From: Cycas panzhihuaensis
Taxonomy: Eukaryota > Plantae > Cycadophyta
Length of the DNA: 64,000 nucleotides
Direction: 5' to 3'
Assembly: GCA_023213395.1 (NCBI GenBank)
Contig: CM041465.1
Location: 206,591,741 to 206,655,740, forward strand
A model generated the notes under the pieces. It was not told the DNA's origin, did no database searches, and was given only the letters and a program-made list of their open reading frames with translations. Every line of letters starts with the position of its first letter. Position 1 is the stretch's first letter. The position numbers and the translations under genes are program-made. This document shows, in pieces, positions 40,116 to 52,749 of this stretch.

Positions 40116-42323
40116 TATAATGGATCTGGCTTTCACTACCTAAAGAGGTTAAATAAGTTTTGACGAGTATTTCTATAAGAAATATTTATTATTGAATTGA
40201 ATTAAATGTAATATTTTTTACACGATTTTGGGGTTCTATTTATAATAATGAGGTGCCCTTTTATGAGAAGACATGACCTTGGTTAATTAATTATCATTAA
40301 TTAGTGACATAGTTATAAGGTTTACAATAATTCCTTCATCTTTTAAAATACTTTGCCCTTAAAGCATGGAAAATTTTTAGAAAATTCTTGTGTAAGTATT
40401 TAATGATTTTTTAGCTGATTATGAGTTTATTTTTTCTTGAATTATCTTTTTGTAAGTAGAATATACATGAAGTATACTCGAGTAGCATAATCTTCTTTCC
40501 TTTGGGCCTTTACAGATAAAATGCTTTTAGATTTAGGTGAAGAGATTTTGAAGAACTAATGGAGCCTTCCATTCCATATAAAATGAATAAAGTTTTGGTT
40601 ATGGTTCAATGTGTATGTTCTTAATTTCTTAAGCCATTCAACTCCAAGTACGACATCTATGTCTCTTATGGAGAAGGCATAATAATCAACATAGAAAGTG
40701 AGGGTACTAATTTGAAGTTATTGGCTAGTACATTTCTTATTCTAAATTATCTATTTGTCACCTAGTATAATTACTTAAAAAGTCTTTGATTTATCAACAT
40801 AAAGGCGAAATCAATTGTAGCCTTAGTATTTATAAAGTTACAAGTTCTTCTTGGACCAATAAGAATGAATTACTTTTCTTTGCATATGAATCCATGCAGT
40901 TTAATGGTATTGGACAGTGGGATGCCTGATATGGTTGTTAAGGAGAGGGAAGGTTGGACATCATCAAGGGGTAATATCCCCATTGGTGGTGATTGATCAT
41001 TAATGATATCAATCTCAATGTTATCAACTTTTACTGCATAAAGTTGCTTTTGTTGTGAGTACATCTTAATGTGTCTTGGAAACCACTTTTATCATAACAC
41101 CAATAGTTTTTATCATGAATTACCTTTTAACATTTTAGGATGTGTGTTGTAAGTGATTGGTGACTTCTAAAACTAGATTGTTGCCCAAGAGGAATGTATC
41201 GAGAGGCCTATGCCTACTACTTGACATCAACTTATCTTGTAAGTTTGATGGCTTTCTTTAATATGGTAGGTTAAAATATTTTGACTTTAACGGCAATGTT
41301 ATGCCATGAGTTAGCTTGATAAAATTGCATTATTTCTTCATCTAAAATGGATGTCTTGAGTTAGAGTTTCTCAAAATATTCAATGGAATCTTTTGCTGAT
41401 TAATCATGTTGAACATAATGTGACAGTTAGATTTTATATGGAGTAGTGTTTAATCCTTCTACTCGTTAGTATATGGCATCGACAGAGTCATCCCAAATAA
41501 TATAACCTTGATTTGAATACCATTTTTGTGCCCATGTAAATATAGGTCCTTCCAAATGGTTAATAACAAACCTAATTTTTTCTCTAGGGCATTAATTTTA
41601 AGGTCCATAAATGCTACTTCAAGTTTGGCAACCTATTCATCAAGATCAATTGTCCCTTTGATATTGAAATTAAGGATAACAAGCTATCTTTTGTGTTGAA
41701 TGGTTGATCAATTGTTATTATTACCCCAGTTATCATGAGTCTCATGTGTTTCAGGTCTAGGGTTATTTTGTTTCATCATAAATTCTTTGATCTTATTATT
41801 CATCTATTTTATCCATTATTCAATGGCATTAAGACAAGCATTAACATCATTGTTAGAGTCTCCCTTGTTCATCAATCTATGTATTTTCTTATACTATCCT
41901 GTATTAGATTTTATAGAACTAGAACAAAGCTCTAGTTCTTAATTCACAAGTTGTTTAATTAGTTGGTCTATATCCTCCAGTATTTGAATTTTTTTAAATA
42001 TGTATAATGTTGGGTACACTTATACAATGTATCAGTCTTACAGTTAATTGTCAATATATTCAATGACTTGATGTTGATAATTAAATATCAAATCAATTTA
42101 CTCTCTTCCTAATTGCCAAGGTAATAGTTTGTGAATACCTAATCAATATAATAATTTAGTTGTCAATATATTTATTAATGCTAGGTTTAATATTAATAAC
42201 ATAACTTTGTATGTATACTATAAAGGTAGTCCATGACGACATGATGATGTTAGAGGCCTTAAGATGTTATGAGCTATGTAGGAAGGTGTGAGCTAGAGGC
42301 ATTATGTCTTATGTATGTATAAG

Positions 42324-42359
<36 letters not shown>

Positions 42360-43560
42360 ATTTAATGTATCCAATGTTAATGTGTGCCACATTGAACTAG
42401 GTGAAACTAGGACATAATAGGCCACCGATAAAGGTAAGAGATGTTAAATTTTAGTAGGAAAGAAGGGCAATGCAAAGATATTAATATCCCAAAAATATCA
42501 ATGTTGTTGGTAAATGTTTATGCTTGGTAAAAAGTAGGTTAAATATAATTTAGACTATACAAAACTTCTTAGCATAGAATGATGACTTTATTATTAATTT
42601 GTTTACGCTTAACATAGTTTAGAGGTAGGATGTACACATTGAGAAGAGATATAGAATAGTTGTTAATATGCTAATCTTGTCCTATGTCTAAATATTATGC
42701 TAGTTTGAATTTTATTATGCTTGTATTTCCACCTCCATGATATGATTTACCATCTCTTGATTAATTTGCATGGCATTGAAATGTATCTCCAGATCAATTT
42801 TTTTGTGAGATATTCTCTTAGATTGACTTGTTATTAGCTGTAGGCACTTCGACAACAGAGTATGTATATTAAAAATGCTCTCAGATCTGTAACTCACCTT
42901 TTTATTATCTTTGTAAGTGATTGATAATATATTGAACACTTCTCCCCTCCCCGCCCACGACCCCCCTCGCCGCACCCCCCCTCCCCCTCACCTATATTAT
43001 GACATGTGTAGGATAGAATGCTTAGCCCAAATTATTATTTTGTAGAAGAATTTGTTAACATAGGTGATTAATTCGATGTAAGTTATTTCTATCTACATAG
43101 ATATTTGACTTGATGTAGAGGTGCAAATATTATATTTGTGATGTCTAATAAGTGAGTAGCATATGTATCAGTGGAATGGTATGCAATTTGATAATGTTTA
43201 TTTAGAGCTAATGAATGGGTAGAATGGTGAGCGCCTCCTCAATGCTCACTATAAATTTCTATAGACTAATAAGTAAAATGTATGTAATTATACATCAAAC
43301 TTTGACCTCTTTAGATTATTGACTGCATCATTGCTCTAATACCACTTACAATAGATCTAGCTTCCACTAACCAAAGAGGTTAAATAAATTTGAATGAATA
43401 TTTCTATAAGAAATATTTATTATTGAATTGAATTGAATTAAATGTTTTTTATATGATTTTGAGTTTCTATTTATAACAATAAGGTACCCCTTTATGATAA
43501 GAAACGACCCTGCTTAATTAATTATCACTAATTAGTGATATGGTTGCAAGGTTTATAATA
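40116..43560 (-). mobile_element. Non-autonomous gypsy with gag and protease only (TR-GAG-like)
   Basis: LTRs 40116-40329 and 43347-43560; PBS TGGTATTAGAGC (reverse complement of 43333-43344); TSD AACAC/AGCAC. gag HLEGPIFTW at about 41535-41560; protease ILIGPRRTCNFI and DVVLGVEW at 40630-40870. Confidence 0.85.
42328..42356. repeat. (TA)n microsatellite
   Basis: Perfect run. Confidence 0.95.
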
Positions 43561-45699
43561 AGCACAAACCATAATTATTATTGAAAACATTAAAAGCTCA
43601 AACAAACAAGATCATGGAGGAGTATAATACTACCTTCACGAAATTATTATATATAATCAAAGATGTGCCTGAGGAAAAAATGATTCAATAATATATTAAC
43701 AGTTGAACCATCAAAATTTAAGCAAATGTTCTAATATGGAAACCACAAATTCTCAACAAGGCTATGTATTTGGCTCACATATATAAAGATAAGATTAAAT
43801 CTTTAAGTAAGGCTAGATTTGGGATCTATATTCCTCCATTCATTCAAACTAATATATTATTATCCCCCCAAATAGTATTAGTGGGAAAGGAACCTATAAT
43901 TCCTAATAAATCCTCTATTCCAAATAATAAATATCTTAATCCACATATGTTAACAAGTCCCATACTACTAAAATCCAAGGCAAAACATGATGAATTAAGG
44001 ATGAAAAGTCTTTACTTTAGATGTGTTGAACCTTCAAACCCATGCCATAGATGCTACTAAAATCAAATGTTCACCATCAAATTAGAGCCAAATAAGAATG
44101 ATCTACTTAAGAGAGGGGGCTATCCTAAGCCAAAAATCACTATAGAAGATACATCAACAATAGAGGAAAACATGTTGTAAATGTCCCTCTCAACCATGAC
44201 CAGAATCACTTGACAGGACATGCTTAAGTTATGTGGGTTTATTAAGAAACAATTGATTGTAATCCCTCATTGATCCAGGTAGCACCAACAACTTTATGGA
44301 TAAATATGTGGTGCAATAATTAAAACTCTTGCCAACGTATAGCTCGAAATTTTAGATTCAAGTGGGGAGAAGATAGTTTATCCTAGACTAACAAGTTTTA
44401 AAAAATCTCAAGGTCAATATCAGAGATGAAACTATCATTAAAGATTCCTACATGGCAAGTGTTGGTAGTTGTGACATCATTTTGGAGAGCTAGTGGTTAA
44501 AGAAAATTGGGATGTTCAAAACTAATCTAGAAGAAACATTTATGAGATATAAACAAGATGGCAAGATTGTCACCTTATAGGAAGAGTGACCAAGAAAAAT
44601 GTAAATTGTATCATGCCATCAGATGGAGAAATTACTAAGAAATGGGTGATCTATGGTTATATTCCAAGTATTTTCATTGCAAGTGAAAGTTAGAGAGGAT
44701 AACTAATCAAAACTAGAGGACGTCCATAACACTAGTCATAAGTACTTATTAGGAGCCCATAGTCAGATTAGGCAATAGGTAGACAAACATTACACATAAT
44801 GGAAATTTATAGAAGGAGATTTGGTTGATGTCCATCTATAGCCATTTAAATAGACATTGCTTAAAGAAATATAGAGAGAAAAGCCAAATCTAAGATATTA
44901 TGGACCCTATATAGCAAAACGAAAAATTGGCAATAAAAAGTTGCATATTAAAACTATTCAAGAGTATCTCATCAAGTGGAAGTAGCTACCTGTTGAAAAT
45001 GCAACATGGAAAGTGACAACAAGCATTAAATAGTTTGTATAGTTACAAACTAAAATGTTCAAGGAAGAACCATCTTAAAGGGGTAGAATTATTATAAACT
45101 AACTTGTTGGGCTAATTAATTAGAAATTATATGTAATTGTTAGTAGGTAAATATGTGGAGGGGTGTGTCCTTTAGTGAAAGCCTTTGGGCCCATATAAAT
45201 ATATATTGGTGTAGACAAATTTATCATCATTTGTTATTAATCAAATTACTTGGAGTTCTCTCTCTATATTTACTATTTGCTTTGTTGTTTTCTCTTTGAA
45301 CCCTAACATGTACTTTGTGATGTAACCATTGTCTATAAAGGATAAATACTATAATTGTTGAAATGATGTCACATATAAGACAATTTGGCTAAAGAGATTC
45401 TTTGGTCATTTTGGACTTTGAGAAGATGATCCTACATAGTTTTTTGTGATAATTAAAGTGTATTCCAATTCTCATGAAATAAGTATAGAGTAAATTAAAA
45501 CAAATTCACAAATAAACCTCATCTCAAATATTTGGCATTTAAAGTCACTATGGAGAGCTTCTTTTTTCCAAAGATAAAAACCAAGATCACCAAAATAAGC
45601 GTATCCAAGGGTAGAAGAGTTTCTTAACATGGAAGATTGTATAAAGATAGCTGCTTTCGTTCCATTTTTGGCAAAAATAGTAACAGGAATCTAATCAAA

Positions 45700-46830
45700 T
45701 TCACTCAACTTTGGCCGCTATCAAACAAAATTTGACGAACTTCTTTAATTTCCTTTTGTCGTTGACCCCAACCGTCTCTCACCGACACAAATAATCAAAC
45801 AGGATGGTTAACACACATAACCAATGGCGAGCAAAATTAGTTGGAAATGGGGTACAATTTATTTGCATTTCAGACTGGGCTGCCATTAACGAAAATCATA
45901 AAATCATCTGTCCTTCTACTCTGTGACAGCAACTGCAACGTCAATTGGCACTGATACTGCCGTTCTTTTGGAGTACTCGTCACTGGAATCAGTAACAGTT
46001 AGTGCCGGCTCAGTCGGTACCGCAAGCAAAAGCCTATCCTGTACGTCCGACACGGTTCCACGTGATCGTTCCAGAGGACACATTAAAAGCTACATCACCT
46101 GCGTCCTAGGAAACAGACAAGGACTGATTCATATGCATAAAAGCCTGTATCACATTTGAAGATCTATTCCAGCACAGATTCAATTTACTTGCTGACGGGT
46201 CCATAACAGTTGCCGAGTATAGTCCAATGGGCGAGGGTGTATACCCCGATCGCAGCCAATGGAATCTTAAAAGGACGACCCATTCAATAACAGTCGTCGT
46301 GTCAATATGGGACGAATTGCAGGCGCCCGTCTCTGACATTTTCTGTCCTGCGCGACTCATGTGAACGACGGTTCCATCAGTATTTTAATCAGTTCTTCCA
46401 TGTGATTTTCTTAATTATTTGAATCGCCGTCCGTTCTCGCAGACTGCAGACAGATACGCGTCTTAAAGCGGAAAAGTGCGGTTATTTCTACAGTTGTTTC
46501 TGTCGTATAAGGCGGAACAGGAGCCGAAGGTACGCGACGGCCGTTTAGCTTTTGCATGACGGTCGCAGAAACGACGGATGCGTACCGTCGAAGCGTATTA
46601 ATTGCAGTGACAGGTGTGCGGTTCTAAACGCGCCGAGGGACTGGAAACCCTGGAGCTGATAGACTGCGGTTTGCTCGGTTTAAATTCGTCGTAAAGGTAA
46701 ATATGACGTCACGTGTCTTGGATCAGTGTCCGTCCTTTCAACTAACACAACTGTAGCAAAAATCTGTCCCAATTGTTTGCGACTATATGCATACGTATTT
46801 AGAATATTCTGACCGTTCCATTCGAAAAGG
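45700..46830. promoter_or_regulatory. CpG-rich non-TE island; candidate unmethylated cis-regulatory element
   Basis: Abundant CG dinucleotides against a CG-depleted background. G-box at 46059-46064; TGACGTCACGTGTC at 46704-46717; CCGACA at 45782 and 46047; CCAATGG at 45821, 46224 and 46256; ACGCGT at 46456. Confidence 0.55.
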
Positions 46831-47009
46831 TGAAAAATATATTTGATATGATACTCTAATACTATAATATAAAGTTTTGCTTTATCTCTAAAATCTATGA
46901 ATCGATATGTGCATCAGTCTTTGTAGAGTCGAGATAAAAGTAAGTGGCACATAACAAGTGAGTGTTATCCTATCATTGCCAAGCGTTGTTCTTAGTTTTG
47001 GTAATGTCG

Positions 47010-47866
47010 GTAAATAAATTAAATGATAATACTTATTAAAAATAAAATAAAATATTTATGAAAAAATTATTAATACAATATATGTAATTTAAAAAATATT
47101 AATGTTATTCAAAATAGCTATAATATAGTATTATAGTTTAAAATGCAAACAAATACAAAAGTAATGATTAAGATAAGGCAATGGCTTAATAATAGTTGGA
47201 GCCAAAAAAATGATTAAATATTTAACAATAACAACAAATAAATACCTAACTAATTAATTAATTAACTAACTTAAAGTGGTTTAATAATCATTAAATAAAA
47301 TATTAAAATGATTTAGTAATAACTAAAAAAAATATATTATTAAATTATAATTTAAATAATGTAATATTAAGAAAAAATTATTCTCTCTATTATGTAGTCA
47401 TTTTATTATTTTAATTGTCATTTTTTATATTTGTTCTCATTACAAAAGATATTATTATTTTTTTAGTCATTTTTAATAATACTATTTTTTTAATTGCATA
47501 ATTTTTATTAATAAATATTTTATTTGTTGTTATTATTTTACCTTAAAAAAATTATTACTATCATCATTAATAATTAATAAATATCAATTGATTTCCTTCT
47601 CACCATCATTAAAATTAAGGAAATAAAAATACTCAACAATAAATTATATTTTTCAATTACGTAAATAATAAATTATAATACTAGATAACACTATTAAATG
47701 TTGAATACAAATAATCAATTACTATTCTCGATTATTTATTATTTTTAGAAACATTTATTTTTTAACAACTAATTAATGCTATCAAAAATAATTTTTTTTT
47801 TTTTGTAATTTAAAATACTACAAAATAATATTAAATATTCAATAAAAATAATTAATTATTGGTGAA
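47010..47866. repeat. Extremely AT-rich low-complexity tract
   Basis: Almost entirely A/T (AAT/TTA-rich). Confidence 0.85.
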
Positions 47867-48552
47867 TTTTTTTTTTTTAAGGGAACAAAAAATATATTAA
47901 AACAAGAGCCAAAATTTACATACAATTAAGGGTTGCCTTTATCCCAATTCCTTAGATATAAAGCATTTAAAATAGAGATCCGAGAATTATAAAGATATTT
48001 CTTTAAAGATTTGCGAAGAGAGCAGAAATGAGTTGCGTGAACTACTTAGAATCAGATCTCCTCTTTAATATGTCAACAAGCCTAATTAAATGTCAAAACT
48101 ATTTTTTTTTTTAAGTGAGCAATATTGTGAATCTTCAATATTTCATATAGAGTGCTATTGAGAACCAAGAACTAGAGGTCTATCAAATATTGACGCTTCT
48201 TAAACCATTCATAAGTGAGAGACCAACTCTTTTTAATGATAAAATAATAGACTAAAATTTGCCTATTTTAGATATCTGAAAAGCCTTGATCTAGGTTAAA
48301 GATTTGAAATATTTTAAACCATATATATTTTGAATCAGAGGACAATACCACCATATATGCTCCATGAGATCCTCTTGATTACCACACATAGAGCAAATTT
48401 TTTTTAATGGAATAAAATTAAATTACAGTGAGTTTGAAATATGATCCCACAACCTATTACATCAAAGAGCCATGAGTTTCTAAAACATAGTTAACCATAA
48501 CAACCCCACGGTCTAAGCAAAGAGAACTAGTTTGCTGGGACAAGCCCTGCAG

Positions 48553-51500
48553 TTAGCTACTACAGACTATATCCTTCTCTATCAGAACCAAAAGGTCCCT
48601 GGGAAAATCACACCTCCACACTTGATCCTTCTTGAACCTCACCCCCCAGTTTGCCAGAAAATCAGCTGCTTTATTACCTTCTCTCAAGGTGTGCCTTATA
48701 TAGACATCTATCAGTCCCTTAATGATCTCCTTGGCATCGTTGATTATGGGCTGGAATCTCCAATCCGAAAGGGCCACGCCTTTCAGCATGTTTAGAACTA
48801 CCTCTGAATGCCCCTCAATTACCAGTCGCTGAATATCTCCTTCGAGGGCTAAGTCCAGGGCTTTAAGCATAGCGTGCATTTCTGCATAGTGGTTCGTTTG
48901 ATGCTCGTAATAATCTGCAAAAGCCCAAATGGGGGTACCTTTGTTGTCCCTACAAATTCCCCCTCCCCCGGCTTCTCCGGGGTTTCCTTTAGCTGCCCCA
49001 TCGAAGTTGATTTTGAACCAGGACTCCTCCGGAGGCATCCAGTTACTACATCTAGGTTTTACTGTCACAAATTCCAGCTCTATGCCCCATTTAAGCAAAA
49101 TCCTGTTCTCTGCCAGGGTTGTGTACTTCTCTTTGACGTTTCCAACATTTTCTCTGATGTCCATACAGATTCTATTGAAGGTGGCTATCTGGTCCCTCTA
49201 ATTTTCTTGGAAAATCCTTTGGTTCCTCTCTTTCCAGATATTCCACGCCAGAATCAGAAGTGAACTCTTCCAGATGCAGTTAAGGATTCTGCTTTTAAAA
49301 GGACTTTGCCAAGCAAGCCAAAGATCAACCATCTTTTCAGAGAATGTCCAACACACCTCCAATTTCTCAAGCAGCATCCTCCATACTTCCCTTGTGAACG
49401 GACACTCAAGGAAAATATGGTCCATGGATTCCTCTCCTTTGCAACATAAAGTACATATGTTGGCCAGTAAAAAGCCTCTCTTTTTAAGGTTATCTACAGT
49501 AAGTATTTTATTCATAAGGCAGGTCCACCAGAAAAGAGCTATCTTAGGGATGAGAGGGAGCCTCCAAACACCTTCTAATATTGGATTTTTCTGGTCCCCT
49601 CTTTTTAGGCATAAGTAGTGGTAGCCCTGTTGAATAGTATATTCCCTGGACGAGCTCAAAGGCCACACGATCGAATCCGACGAAGACATTCTAGGGATGT
49701 AACTCTTATTTAGAATCCTTTTGATCTTGTTTAGTCCCTCCTGCAATCTCCTTTCCCCTTAGATTTCCTCAAAATTCCTCCAGACCCTGTTTCCCATACA
49801 CCTGGTCCAATAATTTTTTACATGTTTTCCGTAATGCCTGACATAAGGACCCATGGTAGACACCAGGTCTGGGTAGTCCTTTAGAGCCTTGTCGCAACAC
49901 CATGCATCCTCCCAAAATCTTATGGAGTTTCCATCACCCAATCTCCATTTCAAGCCATCCCTGATAGCTTTCCAAGCTTTGAGGATGCTCCTCCAGACAG
50001 TTGAACCAGTCGGTGAAGCATTGTTATCTATGAGAGAACCCCCTTGAATATATTTTCTTGATAGGATCTTCTCCCACAGTCTCTCTCCCCCTTTAAGTAA
50101 TTGCTAGCCCAGCTTAGCCCCAAGAGCGATGTTGAAGGGAGAAAGCCTTCTCAAATTAAGGTCGCCTTCCCATTTCGAGGTACAGACTTTACTCCAACTG
50201 ACCAGATGAATCCTGTCCTTGCTTTCTATCCTAGACCAAAGGAATCTCTTCTGGATGGATTCAATAGTGTCTGAGATTCCCGATGGAACCCTAAAAATGG
50301 ATATCCAAAAAACTAGAATGCTCTGGAGCGTGGAAGCAACTAGCTGGAATTTTCCAGCTAAGCTTAAGAGGGCATCTTTCCAGCCCGCCAACTTCCTTTG
50401 CATCCTATCAATAAGGGGGTTCCACATATCTTTGGTCATCTTTCCAACAAAGAGAGGCAAGCCGAGGTAAGTTGTGGGAAGCTTTTAAATATCCATCTCT
50501 AGAATTCTGCTGATCCTACCTTGGATACGGCCTAGTGTATTTATGAAAAAGACATTACTCTTCTTCAGACTAATCTTCTAGTTCATGGCCTTCTCGAAGT
50601 GCCCCAAAATCTCTTTGAATCTAGATGCCTCTCTTATGGCAGCCTTACCTAAAAAAATATTATCATCTACAAATTGATGGTGGGCCATATTATCCAACCC
50701 AAATGTCGATTTAATGCCATTTAGAAACCCTTCCCTCCTAGCGGACTCTGGGGTTCTTCCCAACATCTCAGCCATCGTGATGTATAGGAAGGGAGAGAGG
50801 GGATCGCCCTGTCTCAGCCCCCTAAAGCCAGGAAAGAAGCTGGAAGATGAGCCATTGATAATGACAGAGAATTATAGATTGCAAATACACAGCTTAATCC
50901 ATGATCGCCAAAGTTCCCCAAAGCCAAATGCCTTTAGACAGTCTAGCAAGCACTCCTAGGAAACCTTATCGAAGGCTTTCATGAGGTCAATCTTGATGAG
51001 AATTGCAGGCTCCTTTCTTTCTGCGGCTGAATGAATTGTTTCATAGACTACAATATAACCATCATAAATCTGTCTGCACCGAAGGAAACCGTCTTGATTA
51101 TGGGAGATGATGTTTGGCATAATTCTCTTTAGTCTGTTGACTAAGACCTTGGTTATAATATTGTATTTAACATTGCAGAGACTGATAGGGTGAAACTTTT
51201 CCATCCTTTTCGCACCTTCTTTTTTGGGGATGAGGATGAGGAATGTAGTCTGCTATTCCTGCAAAATCCTTTTATTTATATAAAACTCCTGTAAAGCTTC
51301 CATAAGATCTCCTTTAATAATGTCCCAAAACTCTTGAAAGAATCCCGGTGGGAAGCCATCGGGGCCTAGAGCTTTATCTTTCTTCATGCCAAAGAGAGCC
51401 ACTCTAACTTCCTCCAGGGTAAACAGAGCTGTCAACTGAGCATTTTGAGCTTCATTTACTAAACTGGGGATATTGTTTAGGAAATCTTTCCTTCTATCCA

Positions 51501-52749
51501 TGTCCCCGTCTTGCGGCTTAGTGAATAAGTCCTTGAAATATTCACTGGTCAACTCCTTCATACCCTCTGTCGAACTTACCACTGACCCATCTTCCTTTTG
51601 AAGACTGGAAATTCTATTGCTCACTCTATGTTTGACTGTGATCATATGAAAAAATTTTGTGTTTCTGTCTCCTTCAGCCAGCCACAAAGCCCTAGATTTT
51701 TGTCTCCAATGGATTTCCTCTCTAGTGAGAATCTCTTCTAGAGTCTCAGCCAGCTCCTTCTCAGTCTTATCTAGCTCTGGGGATCTACCCATCCGTTCAA
51801 TCCTGTCCTCAATTTCTTTCAGATCATGGATAGTTTTATCCTTCTTCATGTATATATTTTGAAATACATCCTTGTTCCATACCTTAACTTATCTTTTGAC
51901 CCAATCTAGTTTCTTCGAGAATCTATATATAGCATGGCCTTTAATTTGAATTCCCCACCATTCCTCAATCCTCTTCTGAAGATCAGGGTGTCAAAGCCAC
52001 ATTAATTCGAACCTGAAGGGCGGCCTAATGAATTTTCCCAGATCCAAAAATTGAAGCAGGAGGGGGGAATAGTCAGAGCTAATCCTCGGCAACACCTCGA
52101 GGGAGAAATCATTGAAGTACCTCATCCAATCATAATTGACCAGCAGCCTATCCAATTTAATTTGAATAAAGTCATCCCCCAAACGCTTGTTGGATTAGGT
52201 GAAAGAAGCACCCCTGAGCTTAACATCCTCCAACCCCTCCTGTTGTAGGAAGTCGCTGAAATCGCCCATGCTGGTTGTCTATCCACAAGTTCCACCTCTT
52301 TTATCCCCTAGAGACAGCGCCAAATTAAAATCCCCCGCCAATAACCATGGCTATCGGCAGCCCTTGTGGGTCTCTAGTAATCTGTCCCAAAGCCTCTTCC
52401 TGGCCTTTTGAATATTTGGGGCATAAACGTTTGTGGCTAGCCATGTGATGTTGTTGCTTTTATTTATTAACTGAACCAAAATGAAGGAATCCTCTGCCAA
52501 AAAAATTTCTCCCGACCATGTCAACGGATTCCATAGCACCATTAAGCCCCCAACCCCTTGGGCATAGTCGATCTCAATACCTTCGACGTTCTTCCAGATT
52601 TTATTCCTAACCCTTGGTCTGTTCTCCTTACCTAGTTTAGTTTCCTACAAGAACATCAAGTCTGGATGATATCTATTCCTCATATCCCTAATAATCCTTT
52701 GTTTTGAAGGGGCATTGAGTCCCCTAATATTCCACGATATTAATTTCAT
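48553..52749 (-). pseudogene. L1 ORF2 (APE endonuclease, RT, zf-RVT, RNase H) with premature stops
   Basis: Motifs MKLISWNIRG; NVYAPN; KLDR; SDYSP; GPDGF; KIDLMKAFD; RQGDPLSP; HQFVDD; CTLC..EESMDHIFLEC; KINFDGAAKGNPG...REGNKAADFLAN. Confidence 0.95.

Larger units (their letters stand above)
35900..45308 (+). mobile_element. Decayed chromovirus-type gypsy (gag, protease, integrase C-terminus and chromodomain; RT/RH deleted), split by two nested elements
   Basis: gag I*QMEEYF is restored across the 36445-39934 insertion. Protease IDPGSTNNF at about 44270-44295, RYYGPY at about 44895-44910, YLIKWK*LPVENATW at about 44965-45010, then a purine tract and an LTR-like sequence ending CCCTAACA at 45308. 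No 5' LTR identified. Confidence 0.75.

Noticed and set aside
46001-46068. tRNA/SINE-like A-box (GGCTCAGTCGGTA) and B-box-like GGTTCCA at roughly tRNA spacing
   Set aside because: No acceptor or anticodon stem pairing and the T-loop is non-canonical; probably chance. tRNAscan-SE would settle it.
45923-46360. Two short ORFs (78 aa plus strand, 84 aa minus strand) in the CpG island
   Set aside because: No recognisable domain, one has a non-ATG start, and such lengths are expected in higher-GC DNA.
48553-49164. 203-aa RNase H ORF as a host gene
   Set aside because: It lies inside the TSD-bounded L1 as the end of ORF2.
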